Positions 12,537 to 50,337 of a DNA stretch of 64,000 nucleotides are shown in pieces. Source of the stretch: Styela clava (lineage: Eukaryota); NCBI RefSeq assembly GCF_964204865.1, contig NC_135263.1, positions 14,756,001-14,820,000 on the forward strand, given 5' to 3'. The position numbers were made by a program, and so were the translations under genes. Numbering within the stretch: position 1 is the first letter of the stretch; each line of letters begins with the position of its first letter. Under the pieces are notes generated by a model that did no database searches, had not been told where the DNA came from, and was given only the letters and a program-made list of their open reading frames with translations.

Positions 12537-14299
12537 CGTATTGATAGATCAGATTTAATGTGTTCACAGGTAGATAGATAAAGTCAAATGACAATAAACG
12601 GATAAAAACGGCAAAAAGAAACTTCGCCACTTTTTTTCATTTTGCGCCTCACCTGTATGTGGTCCAACCTCCTGCTGTGTGCATCTATGTAGAGTTCTAC
12701 GCTCACCTGTTAAAGATATTATTATCATCTGCCGAGCGTAAACAGACATATCTAATCATTATGATCGTATAGATACATGTTTCAGGCCTAACGTATTACC
12801 AATTGCTACGGTATCTATCGGTGTCGGAGGAAGTATGCAAAAACAAAAATCGACAAATTTCACATGCATTAAGCGTATGCATACCCATATTTTTAAATAA
12901 ACAACATATGACTGAGACGATAGTGATGTTTTTGTAGGATTTAGTGACTAGGATCATGGATAAGCATAATTTTTAAATTTCACAAAACTGGGCGCCGCGA
13001 TGTCTGGCGTTCAAATGTCTCAGCGAGTAACGCACGAGCTACGCAAAGTGACGTCGGCTACGAAGAGAGAGAAAGGGATTTGCGTCGTAGACGTCACGCT
13101 GTACGTAATCATCAAAACGTCGATATTTTGATGTAATTTTTAAATCAAAATAATCGATTTCACTCGAATCTCGTACGACACCCTGTGATCACTGTATTTT
13201 TTTGTATACATTGTGTACGCTCTCTAGCGCTTGGCGGTGATTTGACGAAGGTAGCGTCTGTAGAAGTCACGATTTGAGCCGCTCGAAAAAACGGTGTCAT
13301 ATTTTTGGTAAAATATGATTTTTTGAATGATATAAAATCAAATCGAGCGATTGGAGGCTACGGCAGATTCAGATATGTAAGGCCTTACTATAGAAACCGA
13401 CAGAAGCGCAATACGACAAAATTTAGTTGAGATATGAATGATTGAAAATTTCATCCGAAGTTACAAGGCATCCGAAGTTAGCCGGTTTTACGGTACCTCA
13501 CTACGACATCACAATCACGTCATAGAGCTTGCCAAATACGGTATACGAACAATCGCCCGAAATGGCATTGGCGCCGACGATAAAGAACTGACTGACAATA
13601 TCGATCTCTCTCCTATTGGAATCGTTGCGACGAGAAAACGAGAGAAATAACTGCAGAACTGTTCGATTTCGGGTGCTTGCGCGTCTTGGATGGCAGTTCG
13701 TATAGTTTGAAGGGCTCTATTACGTCACTGTGACGACGTGTTGACGTAATTTTTGGATGGTGTAGTCAGGTGGGGGTTAGGATTGATTTGTGAATAAATT
13801 GTCATGCTACGCCCACTAGAAGTATGTTAGGTACGAAACTACATAAGACCCGAAAATAGATTGGTGTTTCTCGGACGGTCGACTCTGGAATTTTTGGATA
13901 CGAAATGGGCCTATGGATAATTTTTTTATTATGTTGTTGTTGCTTTTCTTATTGTTGTCTAAGGGATTCGTTTTTCACTTTGAATTTTTGTATGACTGTA
14001 TCTTGCAGTCTTGTGATGGCGTCCACGAGTGAACATGGTCGCATCTCAACAATCTGGTGGTCAGACTTCCAATACTGTAAAAGATGTTAAAATTATTGGA
14101 ATTCCGTACCCCCATTCGACAGTACATTATTACTGGATTAGGAATAAATAGGTACTGAATTAAGCGACTAGATCAAGTCAACAATATTCCAGTATTCTGC
14201 TAGACTTTTCAGCTTGGTATTGTAACAGGTTAAAACGAGTGGCTTAAACAGGAAAGTGAGACGGTTATCTAAAACCTTAAAAGCTACTAGGAAATCATA

Positions 14300-39978
<25,679 letters not shown>

Positions 39979-41465
39979 TGACATTCCCACTTGGAAATCC
40001 CATTGGGAACACTGGATCCAGAACCCTATTTTTTACCAAAGTTTTTAAATTTATATATACCTAATATTTCCTTTCCTATAGTTCTCAGTATGTAAGGTGC
40101 TAACTACAAACACAACGCACTGTAAACATACAAGTGCTGAATGCAATTGCAAGTAGAAGTGCACGGTGCATATTATTGATTAATTTATTGATGGAGGGTA
40201 AAAGTTATTTATGTCTTTGTGTAGAAAGTTGAATAGTCTTATTGTAGGCACTAACACTATGTCATTCTCTGTTAACATAGTCCTAAATTAGCCTGAAATA
40301 GGCGACGGAAGATCGGAATCAACTCAATATATTTCAAATATCAAAACAACATGTTATGTTATATCCGCGATTTTTGTCATTTGGTGATTTCATCAATGTT
40401 TGACACATGGTTGGATCTTTTGTTTCATCTCTTGATCTGAAGGTGACATCAAAAAAAAGAAACCATTAATTTCTTAATTTCTGTAATCTAGAATACATAA
40501 AAGTTATGTTTTCTCTAGAATAAGTTCCAAATGATGTGGGTTCTCTTTTTTTTCTTTGTATCTTTACAATTAAGGTTTTTCAGTATTGAAATTTTCATGT
40601 GCCAAGATAAGGTTTGGAAAAACTATCTTCTCTTAATTTTTCTGACATCGATTATCTGACATTGATTATCATATGAGTAAATACATTACAGCTTCTTTAT
40701 CTTCAATTCAATAAAGTTTTCTTTGGCTTGGGAAGTTTGACCTTATTTCAGACAATTATTTGTGAACGCTTCTACTCCCTGTCCTTTCCCAAAGCATAAA
40801 TCAAATCAGACTGCTTGTTGGAAGCTTTGAGAAACTATTTCTTCATTTTTATTTTGAAGACAGTTTTAAATCCTGGCTATTATGTCGGTCACTAAATGTT
40901 ACACACTGCGACAGCCTGTGAGGCTATATGTCAATTACAGAGACATTCTATGTGAGGGGTCCGCCCGGTCCGCCAAGGTATTTAGTGTGGCCCTTGTCAA
41001 CACTCGGATTTTCCATTATCCAGCATAAAATCTTTATCAGACTGTTATGTTTAAATAGGCTCTCACAAGGTAACAATACATAAAGTTTTTGCTCTTGTCG
41101 CTGCGTTAAATCTCTCACCGTTTTGCCCGCTGCCTCTATTACTGTAAGGCTAAGCAATAGCCATATTCCGCATTTTTGTGTGGCCCAGCTAAGTGTCTAA
41201 AGTTGGTTGTATGGCACACTGACCAAAAATGTTGCGCACTCCTGATCTGTCATCTACCAATGCTGGACTCCTTATACATTGGTATTAGCTGTGTAGTTTG
41301 TATTATGAACATTTCAGGCCAGATTTCTGCCAAATACATCTATCTTCTCAATAATTCCATAGCTAAATTTATATAGTAAAGCTTATGCAGATTTGAAATT
41401 GTACAGTCAAACTGTGTGTTTCAGTTTGACCTTAATAGTGATGTTTTGTTACCTGTTTCTAGTTG

Positions 41466-41471
41466 AATAAA
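41466..41471 (+). terminator. Candidate polyadenylation signal of NEK1
   Basis: AATAAA about 1.5 kb after the stop, followed by T/GT-rich sequence. An alternative AATAAA lies near 40710. Confidence 0.35.
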
Positions 41472-41664
41472 ACCAAAATTATGTTTATGTGAAATTACTT
41501 AGTTTCCTATTGATGCCTCAAGTTAATTATGTATGGGTTGGTCATCAGCAAGAGGATATAAATTTATAATTACTGGTAAGTATACTTGCTATTTCATGGA
41601 AATAGATTGTTATTCTTGTGGCGACAGGCACATATGTCGCTTGCACAAATGTTAAAGGGATGCT

Positions 41665-41941
41665 TTAGTAGTCCATGTAAAGGTTTCTCTCATCATAGTC
41701 ATCAGCAGTAGCTTTTGGCGAAACTCTCCTTGACCTTTTCAAGAAGAAAATTGCACGTAATAAACTTGTTCGAAATAGCCATTGATAAAATGACCTGTAA
41801 GGTTGATCCGCTTTACGTTTCGTTTTATAATAATTTGATATGGAATGGTTTTTATCTCATATGAGCAGCTACTCACTTGAGGAAGAACATACACGACCCG
41901 GAACTCAAATACATCGCGCCAATACATACTTTTTTGTTCAT
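41665..41941 (-). CDS. Candidate two-exon micro-gene, 64 aa (unverified)
   Basis: Exon 41941-41877, intron 41876-41795 (GTGAGT...ccttacAG, 82 nt) and exon 41794-41665 give MNKKVCIGAMYLSSGSCMFFLKSFYQWLFRTSLLRAIFFLKRSRRVSPKATADDYDERNLYMDY*. The polypyrimidine tract is weak and no homologue is recognised. Confidence 0.25.
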
Positions 41942-42057
41942 ATATGTACCAAAAAGGGATGTTTTATTATCGCATCGAAATTCTTAACTAGATATGATAT
42001 GTACTGATCTTCATGGAGGTAAAAATACATAACGTAGGCGTCAATTAGTTAAAACAG

Positions 42058-42063
42058 TTTATT
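42058..42063 (-). terminator. Candidate polyadenylation signal of the RGS6/7 gene
   Basis: TTTATT on + (AATAAA on -) at the end of a ~2.6 kb stretch that is T-rich on the minus strand, downstream of the RGS stop. Confidence 0.4.
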
Positions 42064-44666
42064 ATAAGGACTCTGCAAATATGACAAATCGCTTCAACAA
42101 ACAAAATAATACAAACTGAACTTGAATCTTGGTTTATTAACACGTCAATGGAAATGTAGGAGTATCATAATAATAAGTTACAGTACATAATCATTGTTAC
42201 TCTTGAGTAAATGCAGAAAAGGAACAAACAAATGACAATAATAACCCAATTGGAGAACTGTGATAACAGTGAAAAGAGCGAAATAATATCCTGTTCAAAA
42301 CACATTCAAGTGGTATGTGCAACTTGAATTGCCAATTTCTAATCAGAGACAATTCTCTGTCTTGATTTACTCAATTTAAAGGAAAAGGAAGTCAGGTGAC
42401 GTAATACAAGGAAGTTTCATAAGACGGTGATTCACGTTACCCATTTCAATGAGCTGCCATAACAAACTGGGTGGTATGTAATCTTTAAGAAAACATCTTT
42501 CTCAAAAAACGGTATCGCAATTTGAGAGCTATTTACCACAGAGTCTAGATATAAATTATATATATATATTGGTTGGATATAATTAGCCATTGATTGATTA
42601 GTCTGCTATCTATTTCTAATCAATTGAGAAGATTGTCATCAAATTAAGCAGAGTGCTATTGTAATGAATCATCGAGGATGTCTAACAATAAGAAGGTATA
42701 CATGAGATATTTCTTACAAATACAATCAACTTCGAAAGGATAAATTTAGATACACATATATTCCAAAAATTAAAAAAAAAAATGCTAAAATGGACACAGT
42801 GCAGTATTTAATTGGACATGCAATAAATATGGCAGTTTGAACGCACAATTTCATTTTTTTTTCAATGTACACCTCCATTAAAACTAAAAAAAATACACAC
42901 ACATCTGAAAAACATTGACTAAAATTCATATTTTAGCCTTCGATCATTGCCTACTTTTGAAAGGTATCTGGAGTGCACCAGCCTGTCACACATTAATTAT
43001 TGACGGCTCGTCGCGAAAGCGATCGTTTGTTTATATCGACTACATTAAGCTTATATCTTTACAGTATAAACATAAAACAGTATAATTTATAAGCTTATAT
43101 GCTCATGACATTACATTTAATCTTCCAAAATGTTCGTTAATAAACAATGACATACACTTAAGACGACCAAAAACTAATTTGCATTTAATAAAGGAGAAAC
43201 GTACTTGTGATAGCAAAAATAGATTTGTGATCTAGATACTCTCCTATATGCAGCAGCAAATGCTTAATTCATGAGCACGAGCTATACGCAATATCCATTC
43301 CACGTTCTGAACCTATCTACCTTGTCAATCAATAAATTGACGTTCTGTTTGGCAGAGAAGGAATGATGCCAATTTCAAACTTTTTATTATAGTGACTGCT
43401 TCCAATTTTGAACAGTCAAATCAAAGATATAATCTTTGAATTAGGCAAATTGGCAATCATGCCTCATGCATGCAAATTACCGGTACTATCTAGATTTGCA
43501 ATTCAAATTTTGCTCTTTTCGGTTTTGATAGGCATTACCGTTAACAAATATCAGGACTGTATAATAACCAAGCATTTATAATATGAATTTTCAAATTATA
43601 GTCACTACATATATATACTGCATGTAATGTCACGAAAAATGTGTTTAGAATTATGATAAGATTTGTGAATGCAAATTTCCAGAAGTAAAAATGATCTATC
43701 AGGTTTTTAAATACAAAAATTTCAGTTATAATGAAAAATTAATTTCAGGTATTCCAATTAATATCTCATTAGAGTGAAGACTACTGCATAAGAATAAAGC
43801 ATGCCCATCTTGAAGAGTCCATTTGAGGTAGATTAAGATGTGGGAAACAATGCTTGATAACAAATTTCGAGCGCATGCCAAATAAAAAAAAACTAGCCAA
43901 TTTCTTTAACAAGTATGAAGATAATAAGAATTTCATTTCTGATGAAAAAAATGTGCATTGATTGAATTACAAAATAAATGAAAACAAATTTTATGCTCTT
44001 AATTACCAAGCAAATATGCATTTATGAGTTTCAAAAAAGCTGTTAGAATTGGACATCCTTTACACTAATAAACACACGAACTCTTCACAATTACATCTGG
44101 AAAACTTTAGCTAAACAAATTTGAACCGCTAATAAAACATTAGGTAGTAAACTTTTGTTCAAACTCTTAATGAAGATAGTAATTTAAAACAATGAACAAT
44201 ATGCTGCTTGGTTACCATATAATTTCAAAATCATTGTTAGTAGTAAGAATTCTTCATAAAGCAAGCCAAATTTGTAACCACTTGTTTATAAGTGAAATCC
44301 TAAGATAGTTTTCTATTTTCTGACATTTTCGGCCCCCAATATTATAAAAATGAATATTTGAAAATGACAATATAAAATTAGACGAATAATAATAAATTTG
44401 TTTGATTGTAACAATCGTGATAATGGAGATGGATATCCAAAATGTTCACAGTTATCTACTTTATTTTTTTTGTGGTGGAATATGACCATCAACTCTGCTT
44501 AGTCGAGGGATGAAACATTGCACAAGTGTAATGGTATGTTTTTACTAAAAAATAACTAAAATTGTGAAGACATTGCAACTGGTTGCGTAATTTAGTGATT
44601 CGCTACACGTTCACACCCCTTGCACCAGTAATCTTATTTTCTTCGGGTGGTTAACCTGACGGTTAT

Positions 44667-46100
44667 TCACTCAGATTCATTGCTAAGAGGGTTATAGTCA
44701 GCACGTGTACGTGTGAATCCAAATTTACGTGTTTCCAGTTTTTTTGGCTGCAGTAATGCCTTGTATTGTTCTGATTTGATAAAACGTGCGTAACTGTCAC
44801 TCTTCATCAGTTGATAAATGTGTTCTTGTGCTTCTTCATAACAAAATCTATCTGGATTATCCATGTTTTTCAGCGTTGTTTCCATACATTTTGAATCGAT
44901 ATTGATTGCATATGGCGAATCAGGACACAAAAAATCGTTGTAAATACGTTCGACGGTCTGTCGAACATTTTTAACTGGTTCTAATTTAAGAGCTTGGCAA
45001 GCTCGCCAAAAATGAAGATTCTCTCCAGAGAATTCTTTATCTAAAAATTTCTTGAACTGATCTCTTCCCTGATCGTCACGTAGGAGCTCCCCGAATGAAA
45101 ATTTCCATCGAGCAGCCATTTGAACAGGAATGTCTTTGCCATTGAAATTGACTTCCCAGAAATGCTCATCTTCAGTTACCCATGGGTTAGGGGGATCTAT
45201 TTCAGAAATCTGGGGGTCGTATTCTGCCTGTTGCTCTTGATATGAAAGAAGGCTTTCACAAACCTTCGACATTTTCAGACAATGCCGTTCTAATTGCTGC
45301 CTTAATAAATCAATATCTTTATTAAGAGATTCAACTGTATCCTTCTTGGATACAGACTTATCACCACTATCGTTAGGTACTTTACGTGGTGATGAATTAT
45401 TATACAGTGATTTTTTAGTTCTGTCTTTATACCAACATGATTTTTTTATATCAAGCTCTGTAGTGTTGACACACCCTGGTACAGGCCTATGTACATCCCA
45501 AAATGCCCGTTCCTGACTGTCAGAAATTTTCCGATGCATTTTGTCTCGTTTTCTATCTTGTTTTGCCTCGTGTTCAGCTCTAGTAAAAATTTGTTCCCAA
45601 TTTTTAGAAAATGTTCGTTGAAGTCTTGCTAGGTTTTCCGCTTCGTAATCTGCCAGTTCCAACCTCGCCTTGTTCTGCATTGTTCTTTTGCATAGATAAA
45701 CGGCGTAGTCTGTATTTTCTGGTTCCCAGCCATTTGAGGGCCAATAATAAGGAGACTGAAATCGATAGAAAGTTCCATCATTTTTTAACGTTATTACGTG
45801 ATCGTCAATAGGAAAGAAGTATCCATGTGCAGCGACTAATGAACCTAAATGTATAGCTTCATTTGATTCTGAAATATCCATTTGCAGCATCAGCCAATTG
45901 ACAACGTCTTCACCGCTGAAAACATCTGGAATTTTGGTCAGAAAACTTTTAACAGTTTTGATAGGTACACCTGAACTACCATCTTGCATCCGAGAAATCA
46001 AATTTTCCATTTTTTGATAAAGAACCATATTGGGAGAGTCTTTGGCTTTCTGTTGTGGTTGGCCAGACTGATTAGGGCTCAGGTGGCTTTTGTCAGTCAT
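44667..46100 (-). CDS. RGS7: Regulator of G-protein signalling, R7 family (RGS6/RGS7/EGL-10-like; DEP-DHEX-GGL-RGS), single coding exon, 477 aa
   Basis: Uninterrupted ORF. DEP: RMQDGSSGVPIKTVKSFLTKIPDVFSGEDVVNWL. DHEX: WEPENTDYAVYLCKRTMQNKARLELADYEAENLARLQ and DSQERAFWDVHRPVPGC. GGL: LKMSKVCESLL...DP...NPWVTED..FW. RGS box: WKFSFGELLRD...EFSGENLHFW...MKSDSYARF. A 3' splice acceptor (ttttattgtttcag on -) lies 67 nt upstream of the ATG, at 46168-46170. Confidence 0.95.
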   Translation of the reverse strand: MTDKSHLSPNQSGQPQQKAKDSPNMVLYQKMENLISRMQDGSSGVPIKTVKSFLTKIPDVFSGEDVVNWLMLQMDISESNEAIHLGSLVAAHGYFFPIDDHVITLKNDGTFYRFQSPYYWPSNGWEPENTDYAVYLCKRTMQNKARLELADYEAENLARLQRTFSKNWEQIFTRAEHEAKQDRKRDKMHRKISDSQERAFWDVHRPVPGCVNTTELDIKKSCWYKDRTKKSLYNNSSPRKVPNDSGDKSVSKKDTVESLNKDIDLLRQQLERHCLKMSKVCESLLSYQEQQAEYDPQISEIDPPNPWVTEDEHFWEVNFNGKDIPVQMAARWKFSFGELLRDDQGRDQFKKFLDKEFSGENLHFWRACQALKLEPVKNVRQTVERIYNDFLCPDSPYAINIDSKCMETTLKNMDNPDRFCYEEAQEHIYQLMKSDSYARFIKSEQYKALLQPKKLETRKFGFTRTRADYNPLSNESE

Positions 46101-46829
46101 CGTGATTACATAAAGAAAGTCCTTGTTAATTTATTTATTACGCTATAAGATGACTACATAAATGCGACTGAAACAATAAAAGCTAAAATATTTCAATATG
46201 AGCGATATAGGAATTGCTCACATACTTTACTAAAGTGTCCAATATTATATTAAATGTGATATTGCAACAAATATACCCATAAATTCAGACAGATTCGAAT
46301 CATTCAGGTAAAAAGATATGTCAAATATAGCGTTCAAAATTCGATCCACATATAAGCCATATGGAGTCGACTTATTGAACAATTCAACAATAAGCTACAT
46401 CAAGCAATAATGTAAAAAATTTTCCCAGAAATATTATGACGTCGGGGATTTCTCTATGAATGAACAAAACAACATGTTGGCATGACCTAACTAAAATTAG
46501 GTGGTCTGACATTGATTAGGAATTTCCGGTATGGAAATAGGTAATTGAAAATAAATAGGAAATTTCAAATTAATTTTATAGGTAGACTTTCTGTCGACAG
46601 GTATTAAACTTCCTTTCTCATTCAAAAATTGGTAACTTATTTTTCTAAATCAGTGGCCTTCAAGCAATTTGGTTGAATAGGAACACTTCAATATTATGTA
46701 ATAGCCAATCTGAAATATCCTTACACCTGAATAATCAATAAATTGTCCAATAAAAGACAATTTAATTATCAGAATGCATACTGAATATAAACACTTCACA
46801 ATATGATGCTTTACAAACAGTATATAGAC

Positions 46830-47223
46830 CTGACATGGGCAAACTACGTCCAGCTGGCCAAATACGGCCCGTTGAGTGATTCAATCTGGCCCGCCTGGTG
46901 GTACCATAAATTTCTGCTTTTGACCAATTCTGCATGCACTACATAGGCATGTTAGATTATGATCGTAGTCTGTGTCAGTCATTATAGACTGACAATTTCC
47001 ACAATCAAACTAAAACCAAATTTTGATGTTTTAGTTAAAAAAAAATCACTCAAGGAATTTGATGAGGTACGATTAAACTTAGTTTTGGCACAAGGCTTAT
47101 TGTTGTCCACTTTTGCTTGCATAACACTGTAAATAAAATGAGACTTTACGTCACACTTACATGGACCGCCTGTCCAGGTGGCAAAATTATTGGCACCTGG
47201 TCCTAAAACCTTGCCCACCACTG
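46830..47223. mobile_element. hAT MITE, longer relative of 39260-39543
   Basis: Shares ACATGGGCAAA.TACG, CAATCTGGCCCGCCTG, AACCAAATTTTGATGTTTTAGTTAAAA and the 3' end AAAACC.TGC.CACC.CTG. TSD degenerate. Confidence 0.65.
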
Positions 47224-50200
47224 ATCTACTTCTTGCGACAAACAACAAATATAAACAAACTGGCTTGGTACTTATTTACAACATTATGTATCACCAATAG
47301 CATCCTGTAATAAAAATTACACTAAATTACATAAAACACATATTCAACTTTTGATGGAAAGACTATTCAATAGTTCAATCAACAGTGTCTTTACAGACAG
47401 CCATGAAAACAGCTTTTACGCTGGAATGCATTATAATTGAATTGTAGTTAATACAATTACAGTTTTGATATATAATTTTAGTAAGAAATTCCTAGCAATA
47501 ACATAATATAACAATTTACTGAAGGACCGCTACTCCTTCCCAGAATTTGAGAATGACAGTAGTAGTGGTAAAGCAATAAAGAAAAAATAAATAATATGAA
47601 GTAATTGTGTCCAATTTAGATTCCTAATTGTGATTGCAAGTATTAGCCTTGCCGTATTAAATTGAAACAGCGCACAACGCCTAAAGATTTAATGCAGCGA
47701 CCAGAGCAAAAAACATTTTATATTTTTACCATGCAAGTGACTTCTTAAACACAAACTGTCAGATTGGGATTTTATGTCTAATGAGGAAAAATTTGAGTGT
47801 TTACAAGGAAGGGCCACACTGATTGGCTTGACGAGCCGGATTGTGGCTCGCAGATGCCTGTTGAACACCCCTGATTCAGATGTACCAATAACAAGAAATT
47901 CTAGAAAATATTTCTCATTCAACTTTTAATGACTACGTCTACTTTAGTATAATTCAACCATATACATGATTTCGTTCAATCTTGATACAGACATGATTAT
48001 TTTCTGAGTAATCCCTACGCTAAATTTAGTTTTATAAATTTATAGCCCTGACACTATTTACAACAATCAATTCTACAAATGCTTTGGTTCCAAAGCGACT
48101 AAATAAAACAAACAAAAATCTATTTGCTATTTTTGACAATAAGTACCCATAGCTAATTTTCAAAATAATGCATTTCTAATTTTTGTAATTCAAATGTTCG
48201 GGTCTAAAAAAGTACACGCAAGTACACATACCTGCTTAATTGAAAATTGAGTAACGCGTCTGTCAGGAATTTTTTTCCAAGTCAGACAGATTTGTTTAAA
48301 ATCATGAAAATTTCACATCACATTTCTGTTTGGCGTTATTTGAGGAGTTATGGCATTTACTTCACCAGACCCAAACCTCAATGAGTAGATTAGTGGACTG
48401 GGAACTGATAAAAAAGTCACAGGTTGATTTGAGTTTTTAAATTTCGTTTATAAAGTAAATCGATGTGGTGACAGAATGGTTATCGGGGCTATTTTCAAAA
48501 TATATATTTCGAGAAGTATTAAACATTTTTGCTATACATCTGCAATGCAAGTTTATACTTCACCGCAAGATGGTTTTTATACATGTAATAATCTAAACTG
48601 ATTCACAAAAAAAGAAATCTATGTATGCAATGCGCCACGCCACCATCAGTGCAAACCATGTCACTGCTTACATGTACCTGAACATATTCACTCAACCTTC
48701 TCATCTAAGAAACGAATATGAAACATTAGAAAATCAAATCAGACATAAAGTTATTGATTGACAATCATATACAGTAGGGCGAAGTTCTCCAATTCCCAAG
48801 ATGTCCCAACATTTGGTTCAAGGAAACAAACACTCTATCTGTCTCTGAAACAAGGTACCGAGCTACTCCGATAAAGTATATTTTGATTTTTACACAAAAA
48901 ATATTACACAAAACACAAACAATGAACGCACAGAAGATTGGGAAAATCGGGGAAACTGGCAAAACCTTTATAAAGGTTTAATACATGTAACTATACATGC
49001 GCCAGTTTAAAGTTCGGTTTAAGGACAGTTTTAAAGGCCAGTTTAAAGTAGTCTGGCACAATCTGAAAATGGCATACCGGTACCGGTATGTGTCGGATCG
49101 GGCCATGCTTGTCTCGATAATAGTTTAAATCAATAGTGACATGTGTCACATGATTAAAATTGCAAATCTCTGAATCTCAATTACCGTATAACTAGTTACT
49201 TTATTTGGACCCCATAAAAGCTAATATTTAATACGGTATTGTAATAATAATATTGTTTATCTCGGTACCGGTACTGCTAAACTAGCATATAAAATTTCAG
49301 TATCCCAAATCGGAGAATTATTAGCAACTACTATATTTATTTATTGAATATTCGTGCGAAAATCCCAACGAAGAAATGATGAACGCCTATCCAAAACCAC
49401 TGCCCAAGGCGTCATATTCTAACCAGCCGCCCACAACAAACCCCTCGAAGAGCCAGTCAGAGGGCGTGACTGCCGGTAGCCTCGAACTAAATGTGCAGAC
49501 TTCGGCAGTAGTGAGGTCAATCCATAAAATCCCGAACGACATCTCGTGATGGTCTATTTGGTCTGAATTTAATGCACGACGCATCCGCTCATTAAGAGAA
49601 TCATTTTTAATATTCCCTCTCCTTCAAACACAAAAAAGAAGAGAAAATCGTAGCTTGCTATATGATTCAACTCCTCGCTTCCCTAAACAGACGCTAAATA
49701 TGAAAGCCCCAATTGCTATTTATCCTCTTAACAGTAATAAGCAAATCCCGAGATCTCAAACGGATAACACGTATAGGAATATTACAAAATTTCATATAAA
49801 TATGGTTTCATTTTTCTACGCTTTTCAACAAACCCCTTTCATCTGAAAATCAATAATGGAAGTCGGAGAACCGCTAAAGTATCAACAGCTAATAAATATA
49901 CTGTAGCCTATTCTTTATTCATAGTCACATTCTCGTCAGCTGCAGTTCGTCAAACCGTAAATATATACTACTACGGTCGAACTTTTGTTATGTATATTTC
50001 GGTCTATCATTCATTTTGACATTTCTGCCAAAAAAGTCAATAGTGTGCAGAGTAAACGAACAGTGCGAATATTGTCTTAAATAATGTTAAAAATGTAGAA
50101 TGAGTGACATGGAAACACGAATGCGCACCAAAGTTATATACGAGTGAGCTTCCCCTGCCCTCCCGTGAATTTTATATTCTCGTGTTCGGATATGCTGTTT

Positions 50201-50329
50201 GTAACCCGTGATGTGTTTGTTCACTTGTGTGAACGTATGTGGATGAGTACAAGCGCTGATTACAGTACTTGTTATAAACCTTTCTCTGGGTTTTGCCTAT
50301 TCTATTTATCTTCTCGCCCCCTTTCGGAT

Positions 50330-50337
50330 TGACGTCA
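50330..50337. promoter_or_regulatory. Full palindromic CRE motif in the region between the divergent RGS7 and ZnF-BESS genes
   Basis: TGACGTCA within a comparatively CpG-rich, repeat-poor segment (~49350-50500). Function is not shown. Confidence 0.25.

Larger units (their letters stand above)
11641..13493 (-). mobile_element. Non-autonomous pogo-like (Tc1/mariner superfamily) DNA transposon, internal-deletion derivative
   Basis: Perfect 25-bp TIRs CCGTAAAACCGGCTAACTTCGGATG, TA duplication at 11639-11640 and 13494-13495, and internal repeats of TAACTTCGGATG near both ends. Minus-strand ORF 12330-12536 begins with a pipsqueak-type HTH (YNSCNSEDLQKAMADVRAGMSVAKAAAKH). No DDE domain remains. Confidence 0.85.
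11544..13851. mobile_element. Foldback MITE (~450 bp without its insert) with long imperfect TIRs and 8-bp TSD, interrupted by a pogo-like element
   Basis: Left arm GGGTCTCGTGTAGTTTCGTACCTAACGTACTTCTAGTGGGCGTAGCATGACAAT...CCATCCAAAAATTA is mirrored by TAATTTTTGGATGG...ATTGTCATGCTACGCCCACTAGAAGTATGTTAGGTACGAAACTACATAAGACCC. GAAAATAG is duplicated at 11536-11543 and 13852-13859. Confidence 0.9.

Noticed and set aside
13438-13650. 70-aa ORF upstream of NEK1
   Set aside because: It spans the junction of two transposon ends and is a chance frame.
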